A stretch of DNA of 64,000 nucleotides, from the NCBI GenBank assembly GCA_004431415.1, contig QPMI01000484.1, positions 1 through 64,000 of the forward strand. The letters run 5' to 3'. Position numbers and translations under genes: made by a program. Source of the stretch: Cyanophora paradoxa CCMP329 (taxonomy: Eukaryota; Plantae; Glaucophyta). Below, piece after piece: positions 12,064 through 24,083 of this stretch. The stretch's first letter is position 1, and the number at the start of each line of letters is the position of its first letter. The notes under the pieces are model-generated. The model saw only the letters and a list, made by a program, of their open reading frames with translations. It was not told where the DNA came from and did no database searches.

Positions 12064-13425
12064 CTACAAATTTATACGCTTAAACCATCCTTGTCCAAAA
12101 TTATAAACGAATGCATGAGAGCGCGAACATTAACATCGATTACCTTATCTGAGGGCATGTAGAGGGTGAGGAAGAAGAGAGGAATTTGTTAAATCAACAT
12201 AACCAGACTGGGCAATATTTCGAATTGCCTTTTCTCCATCAAGCAGAATGGGAGTCCTGAGAGGACATAGCGATCAGCAACCTTATCCATGTTAGAGCAT
12301 TTGAAGGCATCAGCAATTAGCTCAGCACCTTTGAGTAGGGAAATTGGCTCAGTGGCAAAAAGTCGCTGACCATTTATTTCAGTTGTGAATGTGATGTCTT
12401 TGGAGTTGGCATAGGTCTTAAGAACACTGTGGGAGCCATTGGATTTGTCAACAGTTTCATGATCACGAACTGAAACAAGCAGAGCATATACAAGACCTGA
12501 GATTTGAGAGAGGTTAATTCGATTGGGTTGGGCATTGCCCTTGGCAGGGAAAGCACTAGCATCTACAAATCCAATATCAAGGGAGGGAATAGCCATGCCA
12601 GTTGTCTTAACTTTTCAATGACAGTAGCGAAAAGCTCATCAGAAACATTAATAGCATGCATGTAAAGGCGAGGAGAAGTAATAGAAATAACAGGAGTTGT
12701 TGCACCAAGACTGAAAGTTGTGATATTTTGACCAACATGGGCAAGTGTGCATTAGCAGTATCACCAAGACCATCATCTTCTGTCTTATCAGCAACTGTCC
12801 ACCAACAACAGGGAGAGAGCGACCACCATAGGAAGTTTCAACATAACCCTTTCCAGCATCCTTAAACCAAACAGTAACAACCATTTCACCAGATAAAGCA
12901 CCAAGGGGAAGGTAGTGATTTAGCCAAGGCACAGGATTTCAACAAAGAATGAGCCACCAAGGCGGTTGGTTCCATGAGCAGGGATGCCATGAACCATGCC
13001 CATTGATCGCTTCTTTTTAGCTAGTTGATCCTCCGAATAATAGACCAGGGGAAATGAGCAAGGAAATCAGATGGAATATGGTAGGTGTAAGATCCATAGG
13101 TAATTTCAAGTCGCTGAACTAAAGCACCAACTGGGCGAGTGTATCCATTGCGAACTAGGTCAGTATCACCAGCAAAAGTGATGGCTGGAAGGTCGAAAGC
13201 AAGTTCGAGTTTTCCACAGAAATTGTAGCGAGGTAGCTTGAAGGAAATGCGATTTCCAACATTATTCTCAAAAGTATTGCTGGGATTCACAACAACTAGA
13301 ACTGGCTTAGACTTGGATTCGAGACCAAGCATAAGGGAGTTATCCAGGAAAAAGGCTTTCGCCTCCTCTGGGGTTGTTAGGGCTTCTTTCAGCGAAAGTC
13401 TTTGAAGAGTGGAAGTGATATCCAT
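12064..13425 (-). CDS. Major capsid protein (double jelly-roll type); frameshifted
   Basis: ~450 codons; ISFKLPR..LELAFDLPAI..LVQRLEITYG..IPVPWLNHYLPLGAL resembles PLV/NCLDV MCP patterns; lies between ATPase and penton genes. Confidence 0.8.
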
Positions 13426-13478
13426 TATATTCTCTTTTATTATACTGCAACATAAAAAATCTACCAATGATCCTTAAT

Positions 13479-14488
13479 TTATGCGAAGTTTGTAATAACT
13501 GGATAGGAAGGGTGAAGCTGTGACATTCGCATCTTGAAGTATTCATAAACTGGGTCCCCAGCTGGCTCATCACCATAGCGAATTTCAAAGGTAAGATGAA
13601 CAGGTTGACCCTCAAAATCAATTGGTTCATTAATAGCATTTACAATATCAACCGAGAAAGTGGATAATCCAACCTTTTTATTATAGTATTTGTAAAGTGG
13701 GTGAGCTTCTGTTGAATTGTAAACAACATGCTCACCATAGTCTTTATCAGGGACCACTATTTTGTGAAAGTAACCAGTCAGAAGACCATCCCCACATTGC
13801 ACCAGATCACCCAGCTCCTTTACTCTCACAAACAAAACACTGTCCCTGGTCTTCTCAGGCTCAAAAGAAGATATAATGCCATTCACGCGACCACCAGTAA
13901 AGATTCCATCAGTGAGAGCATCATAGACCTGTGATTGGATTGGGGAGTTACCATATCTTCCAGGATCAAGACCCAGCAGTCTAGCTGAACTCAACAGCTT
14001 TTGGATTGTTTGTTGGCTTGGGTTCACAGCTACTGAGAAAGCCAAGTAAAATGGTACTGCTGAGTGGAATATAATTCGTTTCAGTGATTCATCCCATTTG
14101 CAGCGAATGGATGGTTGGGGATTTCTGCCTTCGAATTTAGAGTTAATTACATTCACCAGTTGCTGGTGGCTTTGGATGGGGTGTTTCGACTTATAATGAA
14201 TTGTTTCCATTGTTCATAGTCAGCAGCTGGGCGAACTGTTGGAATTCCTGAGCTTCCAGCTCCAGGAGTTTGTTCAGAATAATAAATGCTAAATGCATTG
14301 TCAACTGTCACATCTCCTGCTTTGGTTTCACCACTCACCATAGGGATACTGTTATAAAATTCGGCTGAGACCAGTCTCACAGCCCTCACATTCTCATAAC
14401 TACTGGGGAGTCTAGCCACAAAGCTTGATGTGGGACCATCACCAGAGATTGTATTAAATGAGCTAACCTCGATGTAATCCACAGGCAT
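13479..14488 (-). CDS. Minor capsid (penton-like) protein 1; one frameshift
   Basis: LPSSYENVRAVRLVSAEF..N and C-terminal VDIVNAINEPIDFEGQPVHLTFEI, a typical single-jelly-roll penton pattern; intact in element B. Confidence 0.75.
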
Positions 14489-14517
14489 TCTTCTTTTATC
14501 TATATTTATATATTAAA

Positions 14518-15449
14518 ATGAACCGGCTCGTTAATATTGATAGCAGGGATAGAAGCCAAGGACAAAATGAAAACTCTTACAGGGTCACCCTCACAACTCC
14601 AGTAGAGAGACCAAGGGAATGTAGGGTTCTCTATGCAGAGATTCCAAACAGTATCTATAACAGTGTGGGAACTGATCATCTAACAGTTCAGTTTAATTAC
14701 CAAGATGGTTCATATAACCAAGTGATCACACAACAAGTGTATCCCCTTCCCAGTGGCTACATCAATCAGGGTCATTTTGGGGTAACACACCCTTATAATT
14801 ATGGGCTGAACTATTCAAGCTTCCAAACTATTGCAGGCAAAACAGTAGCTTTTGAGTTCAAGATATTCTACAACCCAACAACCTATAAAGTGGAGTTTTA
14901 CAGTAACCATGAGTTTCGTTTTATTGCAAGCAACCAGAGAATAGGAAAGCTTTTGGGTGTAAGTTCTACTGAATACACCACTGGGTATTATAGCACTCCT
15001 CCTGTTGGTGGATCTCCCTATCGACCTGAGAACCTTTTAAAGTATGATGGCAAACCTATTACACCTGATCACCCAGCATGGGGAATCACCTTCTCAGGAC
15101 CCAGACTCTCCTCTAAGCCCTTGCAATATTATTTTGACAGCAGGAAGATGTCTGATATGAATGCTGAGCAGTATCTGTACATGCATATTAAAGAGCTGTC
15201 CCCTTTGCCAGCAGACACAATATAATTCCAAAATCGCAACCACAAAACCAGGGAGCTATCCTTAGATTGCAATTGAGTAAAGATATAGGGGGCTATGTTT
15301 ACCATAGTGGTGAACATGCAGAATTTATTCAAATCAATGACAGAAACCTGGTGATAAGGGAACTCACTGTGGAGTTTAAAGATTACTTTGGTGAACTGAT
15401 TGATATGAATGGAATCGATAATTCTTTTCAGTTGGAGTTTATCGAATAA
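14518..15449 (+). CDS. Minor capsid (penton-like) protein 2; one frameshift
   Basis: NIDSRDR..YRVTL..AEIPNSIYN and LTVEFKDYFGELIDMNGIDNSFQLEF; intact in element B. Confidence 0.8.
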
Positions 15450-16994
15450 AGGCACCTGTAAAGTCAACTCTCATTGTGGGAGCATTCACATACACAAGGG
15501 GATAAATGCGAATATATCTTATTCTCAGAGAATAACCTATGTAAAAAGCATCCTTGATGCTGAGAGGGAACCCACTCAATAGAGCCACATCACCAGAGTT
15601 GTGAGCATTGTTAATGTTCTCACAGACATATATTTTGTTCTGCCCATCTGATCGAATAAAAGACCAGTTGATCCCATCAGTGGATGTTGCCACATTGAAA
15701 GTCTTAATAAAAGCATTGGTGTCCCCTGATCCATAGGCAATCACAGAGGAGAGTTCAAAAGTATATGGAAAAGCAACTTGAAGGTATTCAGTGGGGGTTT
15801 CCCATATCTGTTCAGGAGCATAGGCTCCAGCTTCCCAGCCAAATGCTGAAGGTCTAGCCATGAAAGGCTCTTTACCTGTCACAGAGGATGAGGCAGTAAA
15901 GGCATCATCTGCAAGCTGATACCAATTAGCATCTAAAGGAGGTGACTCTGTGAGAGTGGATGAGATGTAAGCCTTTGTAGGGTTCTTTAGTTCATAGTTT
16001 GCTACTAGTAGGCTGCAAAGCTTATTAATCATATCATTGTTTGCTGCAATGTATGTTTCAGTGAATGCTAGCATATCTGGGATTTTAGAAGTGTCATCCA
16101 GAGAGCTTACTATATGATTTGGAAGAGGGACTGATAGCCTATAGTATCTCCCATAATCCTGATCATAGTTGTATGGTAACAACTCCTCCATCTTATCAAG
16201 GGCAGAAAGCTCACTTGCAGCCATGAGCATGTTAATCAATGGGCTTCCATCTGTTGAGGCAATCCATGAGAGAATTCCCCAGCTGTTTACAGTCTCATAA
16301 GCATAACCCACATAATCAGACTCTAAATGTGGGTCCACCTCTCCACAAGAGATGCTTATTACTATAATATCATCATCATCACTGTAAATCTTCTTTGCAT
16401 GGCTGTAACCACACACACTGGGATTATTGTTTCCCGAAATGGCACCATCAATGAGACAGACAAATACTCCCCGATTGAAATCAACAATGCTTACAGGAGA
16501 GAAATATGTAGGAGCAGCAGAGGTAGCCCTAGCAGCAATCTTACAAGGCAGAAAGCTGTAATTGTTATCATTTGTGATAAATATTGGTTTCATATTCTGA
16601 GTATCAAAGGATGTGATCACAATGTCCTTTAGGGAATCCTGTATTAGTGATTCCCCAGTAACTGAATTGATTGCAGTCTCCAAGGGTCCCACATCATACT
16701 TTGTGTTAAATAGGGCATTTTCAATGATATTTCGAGGATTTGCGAAAATCAAAGGCAGTTGAGTTAGGTAAATATTGTGTAAATCGTTTGCTGTCAGTTT
16801 AGGTTCACCTGGTCTATCAGGATGCCTTATATTCAAACCTATTGCAATGATCCCACCAGTGGAAGTTCCACTCACAAGATCCACAAGATCGATTATTCTC
16901 CTGCCAGTTCGATTTTCGATTTCTTTTAGCAGCCTGGTTATGATAATGCCCCTTGCACCCCGCCAGAAAGACTTAAAACGACCTTGAGAGGCAT
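15439..16994 (-). CDS. Patatin-like phospholipase fused to an F5/8 type C (discoidin) domain
   Basis: LSLS(G)GGARG, GTSTG nucleophile, ATSAAPTYF, IDGA; C-terminal FTASS..EYLQVAF..STDGINW..RYIRIYP..MRVD. Confidence 0.9.
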
Positions 16995-17037
16995 CTTTTA
17001 CTTATCAGGAATTTTATAAATCCATATAGTAAAAGCC

Positions 17038-20000
17038 ATGAGCTTCAATTACCCACCAAATCTAGAAACCATTCAAGATGATAATGCAAGCAGCACCAAG
17101 CATGTGAACTTTGATAATATTAAAGTAAAGGGTTCAGTTTCAATTGACCACAGCTCTGATAATTCATCAAAGACTCAATCAAGGGAGCATGCTTTATCTG
17201 TGAATCAAACCGATCCAGATAAAGAGGATGTCAGTGTAGCCTTTAGTTTGGGTAATGTGAAAGCAAACCAAGTGGCAGAGATCAAAGCAACAAGAAGGAG
17301 ACCTAGGAAACTAAAAACCAGTGGCACTCACCCAGATATACCTTCCAGGTTCGATAGTGGTCGATTGATTTTCAATGTTCAAGATGAGCAGGGCAAACAG
17401 AACACAGCTTTGCGAATTTACAATGAGGGCAGCACTGCAAAAGCTGAGGTCCCCCAAGTATTGCAAGTGGGTCCCATTGCCAACACAAATCAGGTCTCCT
17501 ACACAAATGATGTATACCCCAAGGATATTACATATGACTTTGCGAGGAATGAGCCTTTTGGGTTTTTTACTCCAAAAGATGTCCATCAAAAAAAGCCATC
17601 AATTACAATCAACAGTAGCCCAGTCAACCAGTAGCAATCCATTTACATCCTGATTTAGTCGAAATGGATAGGCACCTTTTGCCTTTGTATAGCAATGTGA
17701 AAGACCTTGGAATTCGAACCAGGCAATGGCGAAATATCCATGGCAGCAATGTGTATGCAAATGGAGAGAAGCTTGTAAGTGAGAAAACTCTAAGGGAAAT
17801 CATTGAGCATTATGGTCCCAATGGACCTACTGTCCCATTCCCTATTCCATTTCCCAATGGACCACCCGATTTAACACCAAAGAAGCAACCTGGAAGAGAA
17901 TACACAGCAACTGAAGATGTAGCCTTTGGGCAGCATATTGTAAGTTGGGAGCAAGTTCGCAATAAACCTATAATTGAACCAAGAAAGCAAATAGATGAGC
18001 AGTATTTACCTCCTGAAATCGATATATTAGAGCTTGAAGAATATCAATTCGTTCCAGATGAGGAAGAGTATTTACCAGATGGTTTTGACCCACAAGAGTA
18101 TGAGTATGATCAATTTGACCCCAATGAGGAGGAGATACTACCAGATGGCTTAGATCCACAAGAGTTTGAGTATGAGCAGAACTATGAACCTGATGAGGAG
18201 TATTTGCCAGATGGGCATGATCCACCAGCTGTTGATTATGAGCAACCTTATGAACCCCATGAGGAATTACTACCAGATGGATTTCGACCTGAGATCTGGG
18301 AGTTCTTTCCTGATTATGAACAAATTAATAATAAACCTGCAAAGTATCCCCCAGAGGATCACAATCATGATTGGGATGAGATCTTAGGCAAACCTCAAAA
18401 GTATCCACCAGAGGATCACAGGCATGATTGGGGTGATATTGATGGAATACCAGAAGAATTTCCACCAAGCAAACATGAACACACTTGGGATGAGATTAAT
18501 GACCAACCAGAGTTTGCAAAAGTGGAGCCTTTGGCAACCCTAGGGGTTTCTCTTTACCAGACTTGCAATGTCCCTGAAAGGATCTTTTTGAATGAACACT
18601 ATGTACATGTGAATGGGACACTTGCGAATTCAGCTATGAGAGGACCACTTCATATTAGGACATTACCAGGCTCTTATGAAACCCCACCTGAACCAGGAGC
18701 AACCATACCAAATATCTTTGTGTCAAGCTACATGGAGGCTGACATTCCCACAGATACATTCAGAGTCCCAACAGACCCAGCAACCTACCAAAATTTCAAC
18801 TCTGCTATACAGGTTCATGTAGCAGATGTTAGCAGTTTAGATGGCTCAAGACCAATGATAGTATTCAGCAGAGATAAATATTCCTACATTCCCATAGTGG
18901 GAACTGCAAATGATAACTATGGAAGGGCAGAGCTTGCATGGATTAAAACAGATTATGGTGGGGTTCTTGAATCCAATCAGAGGATGGCTGCAAAAAACAT
19001 ACATAACGAAAATATTTCGAGAGTGGTCACAGAGGATTATCTAGAAGATCAAGGATATATTGATGAAGGTGAACTCACAAATATTCTTTCTCTTTTTGTG
19101 ATCAAAAATGACACAAACCTTACAGTCACTTCCAATATCTACACCAGTAACCTTTATACAAGTAACATTTTCACAAGTAACCTATGGGCAAGTAACATTT
19201 GGACAAGAAAACTATGGGCAGATGATATTTACACAAGTAATCTTACAGTGTATCGAAATATAACAATTGGAACACAAAACACTATACAAATACTTTATAG
19301 ACCTTACTACGCTGTTACAACTGTCATTGATCCAGCCCCAATTATTCCAAATTGTATATTTGCATGGAAAGCATCAGGTCAACATGGTCAGTTGATTTAT
19401 TACCAAGGTAAGATATATAACAGAGTTACTACACAGATACCATATCTAACAAATTATTCAAATTGGGAAACTGTTTATTATTATTTGAATGCAACCCTAA
19501 ACAATCAAATTTCGATTGGGAAAGAATTAAACATGGCTTATAGGAATAGTGTTTCAATAGATTGGTCATTAGGTCTTACATTATTCTTTATAGGTAGGAT
19601 CAATACTACAAATCCTTCTTATATGTTGAGTATAAGGGATAGTTCTTATCAAAATTGGATTGGATATGGTTGTAAAAATCAAAAGTTTGGTGTTTCACTA
19701 CAAATTCAAAACGATATAGAAAATGCAACTCCTCCATTATTCGATGCATCATATATTTATAATTCGTGGAATTATTGGGATTTCACTGTTTCCTCAGAGC
19801 AAATTGTCGTAGGAATGGGTGGTATTGATATTGGAACATTATCGGGTGATTTTCTTCCACCTTCTAATTTTGCATCATTTGGTTCTTCTGTTGCTAATGG
19901 AGATCTTGCCGAAATTATCGTTTTCAATCGTGCGTTATCTATTGAAGAAAAGAAGGCGGTTAGATATTATATACAATTATTGTATGGATTTCCAAATACG

Positions 20001-22858
20001 CAGCCCATATTGAATAATGAAGATCTTAAAATTAATTCGAGCAATATATTTATTGAAAATCTCACAGTTACCAAAAATGCAACTCTACCACATCATCCAA
20101 CATCGAATGTTGTTTTAGATTGGTTAGCAAAACAAAAACACACAAAAGCAGATATTACGGATTTCGCCCATACTCACACAAAGATCAAATCACAGATTTC
20201 GCCCATACACACACCAAAGATCAAATAACAGATTTCGCACACACTCACACAAAAGATCAAATAACAGATTTCGCACATACTCACACAAAAGATCAAATAA
20301 CAGATTTCGCCCATACTCATTTATGGGAGCATATCACAAATCCTCCGTTAACCTTCCCACCTGATTCACACACTCATGATTATTCAGAGATTACAAATAG
20401 CAACCACAGGCACCCATGGAGCGAAATAGACGAACAGCCAGTTTTTGCCCAATTGAATGCAATCGGAAACGTTTTTAATGGAGTCACACTTTACCAATCA
20501 ATTAATACACCTGAAAGGCTATTTTTGAATGATCATTATGTTAGTCTCAATGGTTCATTTACAGGTGAAACAGGCACACCGATGGTGGGAACTCTTGCAG
20601 TAAGATTACCCAGGGATCCAATCGTAAATGGAGTGTATAGTGGCGATTTCAATGTAGGAGTAAACGATACTTTCCCCAGTATCTATGTTACGAATTATCA
20701 CCCAGGAGAAATAGGACAAGTAGCGGATTTTTCAGCAGCTATTCAAATTAACGTAACAGATCAAAGCGCATATGATGGAGCAAGACCTAAAATAGTATTC
20801 ACAAGGGAGAAAGTTGTAAACTACCTTCCTGTAGCAGGACAACCCACAGATGATCATGGGAAATGTGAGATTGCATGGATAAAAACGACATCAGGTGGAG
20901 CCTTAGAAGTCAATCAGAGGATGGCAGCAAAAAACTTACACAATACAACCCTTTCAGGTGTGGTCACAGATGATTACCTTAACAATAAAGGATATCTCAC
21001 GTCCGCGGATCTAAGCACTTACACAACCGATACCGAATTAGCGGCGGCGCTTGCGAATTATCCCACCACTTCTTCCATTGGAAAAATTAATGATTTCGAT
21101 GTGGTGAGTGGTTGGAATAGCGCAGGTGTATCATTTGTCGGAAGTTGGGCGAAACAATGGAAACCTACAACAGACAACACAGTAGAAGGTTTTTATAGCA
21201 CTATACAAAATGATGAGACCAGCAGTGATTATATGCAAATAGAAGTTCCGGCAGGAATGAAAACATGTCACATACAATATTTTTGTTGGACTAATTGCAG
21301 ATATTTTGATATCGGGGGTTACCGGAATAATCGATGGAATCATATTATGAGAGTTAATACGTATCAGAATGTTTCTAATGCAAATGCAGACACACTGTGG
21401 CATGAAGGTTTAACATGGACATCCGTATTTTGTGGGAGTTTCTCATATATTCGAGTAGTTGCAAGAAAAGGGCGCTGTCATATCGGAATGCTTGGATGGA
21501 CAAAAGAAGTAGGTAGAACAGCGCCAGCGAATGGTTTGATAAGTTGGGATAATATATTTAGCAAACCGTCATTTTACTCAGCCGCAGACCTCCCAGGAAC
21601 GGCAACATGGGCAACAAATACATGGTTAAAATCAACAGATGCAGTAGAACGAATTTGGTTTGGTAATGGCGATTGCACATATATACGAGGGAGACCAAAT
21701 GGTGATGGTGTGTCAATTGAATTCAGAAACTCAGCAGATACAGCCATTTTAAAATCTTATAACAATGGTAACTTTTGGGTGAATAATACTATTACAGCAC
21801 CTACTATTAATGCTACTACCAAACTCCAAATAAACGGTAATGATGTTCCAAAGTTTCACGCAGCAGATAAAACAGTAGGAGGTATTGAATTTAATAGATG
21901 TTCTTATGGCGATTGGACATGGGCGTGGAGTTCATCATGGGATCCACATTATAATTATGGTTCATATGTTCATAATAATCAATCGGATGACCAAACTTCT
22001 ACCGCTTGGATTGACTTCGATATTCCAGAAGGATATCACAAAGGAACAGCGTTTTTAACTTATCTACCTTGGACTAACTCACGAATTTTTGAAATTTGGG
22101 GACTGAATCGACAAGGAAATGAAGTTTTTATTACATCAGTAAATAGTTTTCAACCATACAGCACATCGCCTGATGGTAACCACAGTGGTTTAAATAATGT
22201 TCCTATACATCTCGGTAATCGATTTTTGACTATTCGTATTAGACCAAAGATTGGAAGAGTTCACATTATGGGTATAAGTTACATGAAAATTTGGGTAGGA
22301 AATAGTTATGGTGGTCACACCGGCTATATTCATTGGAATAATGTTTATACTAAACCAAATATCTTAACAGGAGCATTGGATCTTTGGTTTAACTCTAATG
22401 ATGGATATAATCGTATCTATTTTACGAATAATAGCACCACGTATTTTAAAGGAAGAGGAACTTATCCAATAAGATTTCGAAATGAATTAGATTCTGATAT
22501 TTGTTGGATCGATCATAACGGGCGGATGTGGATAAACAATTATTTAACACAAGGAAGTGACAGAAGATACAAAACAGATATTAAAAAGATAACCGGCGCT
22601 CTCAAAGCTGTTGAGAAATTAGAGGGAGTGAGTTTTAAACGAATTGGAAGTGAAAAAGATGGAGTTAAATTAGGTTTAATTGCACAAGATGTTCGAAAGG
22701 TAATACCAGAGGTAGTTAATGTTAAAAAAGACGATGGCTACCTATCTCTTGAATACACAGGTTTAATTCCAGTTCTCATTGAAGCTGTGAAGGAGTTGTC
22801 CCAAAAATGCAAAGATCTACAGGATCAAATAGACCAAATTAAAAATGTCAAAGTATAA
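17038..22858 (+). CDS. Giant fibre/spike protein (~1940 aa when two homopolymer frameshifts are joined) ending in a peptidase S74 intramolecular chaperone
   Basis: Acidic LPDG repeats, HxH repeats (HTHTKDQITDFA), LamG-like GDLAEIIVFNRALS, terminal SDRRYKTDI..GLIAQDV..PEVV..Y.GLIPVLIEAVKEL. Confidence 0.85.
20140..20320 (+). repeat. 36-nt coding tandem repeat (HTHTKDQITDFA, ~5 copies)
   Basis: Direct repeats without spacers inside the fibre gene. Confidence 0.85.
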
Positions 22859-22861
22859 TAA

Positions 22862-23152
22862 ATGGCGACCTATCCTCTTGGTGGAACCACCTATTCTACT
22901 GAGCCTGTTGCGCTTTCTTTTGATACAATCACCCTTGTAAACGCATTACAAACAGTTGAAAAAACGATTCAGCAAACTAACAAGCTCTCACCAGTTGTCA
23001 ATGAGTATAAAAACCTCTTGGTTAATGTCCTTGCTCAAGCTGCATATGGTGACCCTGTTGCTAAATACACTGAGTGTGATAACAACATTAAAGCAATGAC
23101 ATCCAACCTGCAAGTTCTTTCAACTGTTTACCAATCCTTGGATCGAATTTAA
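22862..23152 (+). CDS. Small helical protein, specific to the element A fibre cassette
   Basis: 96-aa ATG ORF 3 nt after the fibre stop; absent from element B. Confidence 0.65.
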   Translation: MATYPLGGTTYSTEPVALSFDTITLVNALQTVEKTIQQTNKLSPVVNEYKNLLVNVLAQAAYGDPVAKYTECDNNIKAMTSNLQVLSTVYQSLDRI

Positions 23153-23205
23153 TCACTTTGGCTTGATTGCAGTTTATTTTTCTTTCCTTCTTAGTAAAAG
23201 AAGCA

Positions 23206-24060
23206 ATGGGTGAATATAATCGAGTTCAACTGCCTATATATTCCCTTGGATCCCCTGCAATGCATTTTCGCCAGCATGAAGTAAATGATGAGGTTCGTGG
23301 TTTAGAATCCACAGAGAGACCCAATTCCAATGGCAACTCCTTTGATAAAAATTCGATTATTCGAGTTAAAGAGCTGAGAGCTGATAAGAATTCTGGTGTG
23401 GTTAAAACAACTCGACTTCTTGTCACAAATGCTAACTTTTTCCAGCCTACCAATGGAGGTCCTGATGCTTACAGTGTTGATCTGAAAGCCCTTGATTATG
23501 ATAAAAACACTGCTGCTGTAACTGTGAGATCAGGAGGAGCATTTATTGGTGGTGGCTGCAGAGTTTCAGGTCAGCTATCTTCATCTGTTTCCTACAATGA
23601 TGTCCCAGATACTCTAGAGCAAAATGCTGAGAACCCACAACGAATTCGTTTCTACACACCTGTTGCACAGCAACCTTTTTTGCATTTCTATGTTGCATCC
23701 TCTGTAACTCTTGAGAATTCGGAATTAGTTTCCATTACAGGAACTGATCGAGTAAGAAGAAATATTCCTCTTCCCACTTCAATGCTTTCCATGTGTAGAG
23801 CCAATAATAATCAACCAGGTCACAACTACTTATTCTTTGTTCAAGCTTCGAACCATTTTGGCAGAGGATATTGTGTTTATAACAATTTGACATTTACCTA
23901 TGATCTGTTTGTCACTGAGGTGGGAGTATACAATACTATGATTATGGGACTGAGAACAGATATAGCAGCTGTATCAGCACTTCGTGGTGTAAATGTTGCT
24001 GATATATTCACAACAGGATTTTACCAAGAATTAGATGTAATTGATGACCCAACCCCATAA
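23206..24060 (+). CDS. Short fibre-like structural protein (shared N-terminal domain family)
   Basis: RVKELRADKNSG..KTTRLLVTN..VRSGGAFIG shared with 24084, 45134 and 46227; ATG follows TAGTAAAAGAAGCA. Confidence 0.75.
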   Translation: MGEYNRVQLPIYSLGSPAMHFRQHEVNDEVRGLESTERPNSNGNSFDKNSIIRVKELRADKNSGVVKTTRLLVTNANFFQPTNGGPDAYSVDLKALDYDKNTAAVTVRSGGAFIGGGCRVSGQLSSSVSYNDVPDTLEQNAENPQRIRFYTPVAQQPFLHFYVASSVTLENSELVSITGTDRVRRNIPLPTSMLSMCRANNNQPGHNYLFFVQASNHFGRGYCVYNNLTFTYDLFVTEVGVYNTMIMGLRTDIAAVSALRGVNVADIFTTGFYQELDVIDDPTP

Positions 24061-24083
24061 AAGATATATCCCTTTAATGTAAA

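Noticed and set aside
20140-20320. 36-nt repeats as a CRISPR array
   Set aside because: No spacers, in-frame coding repeat, no cas genes.
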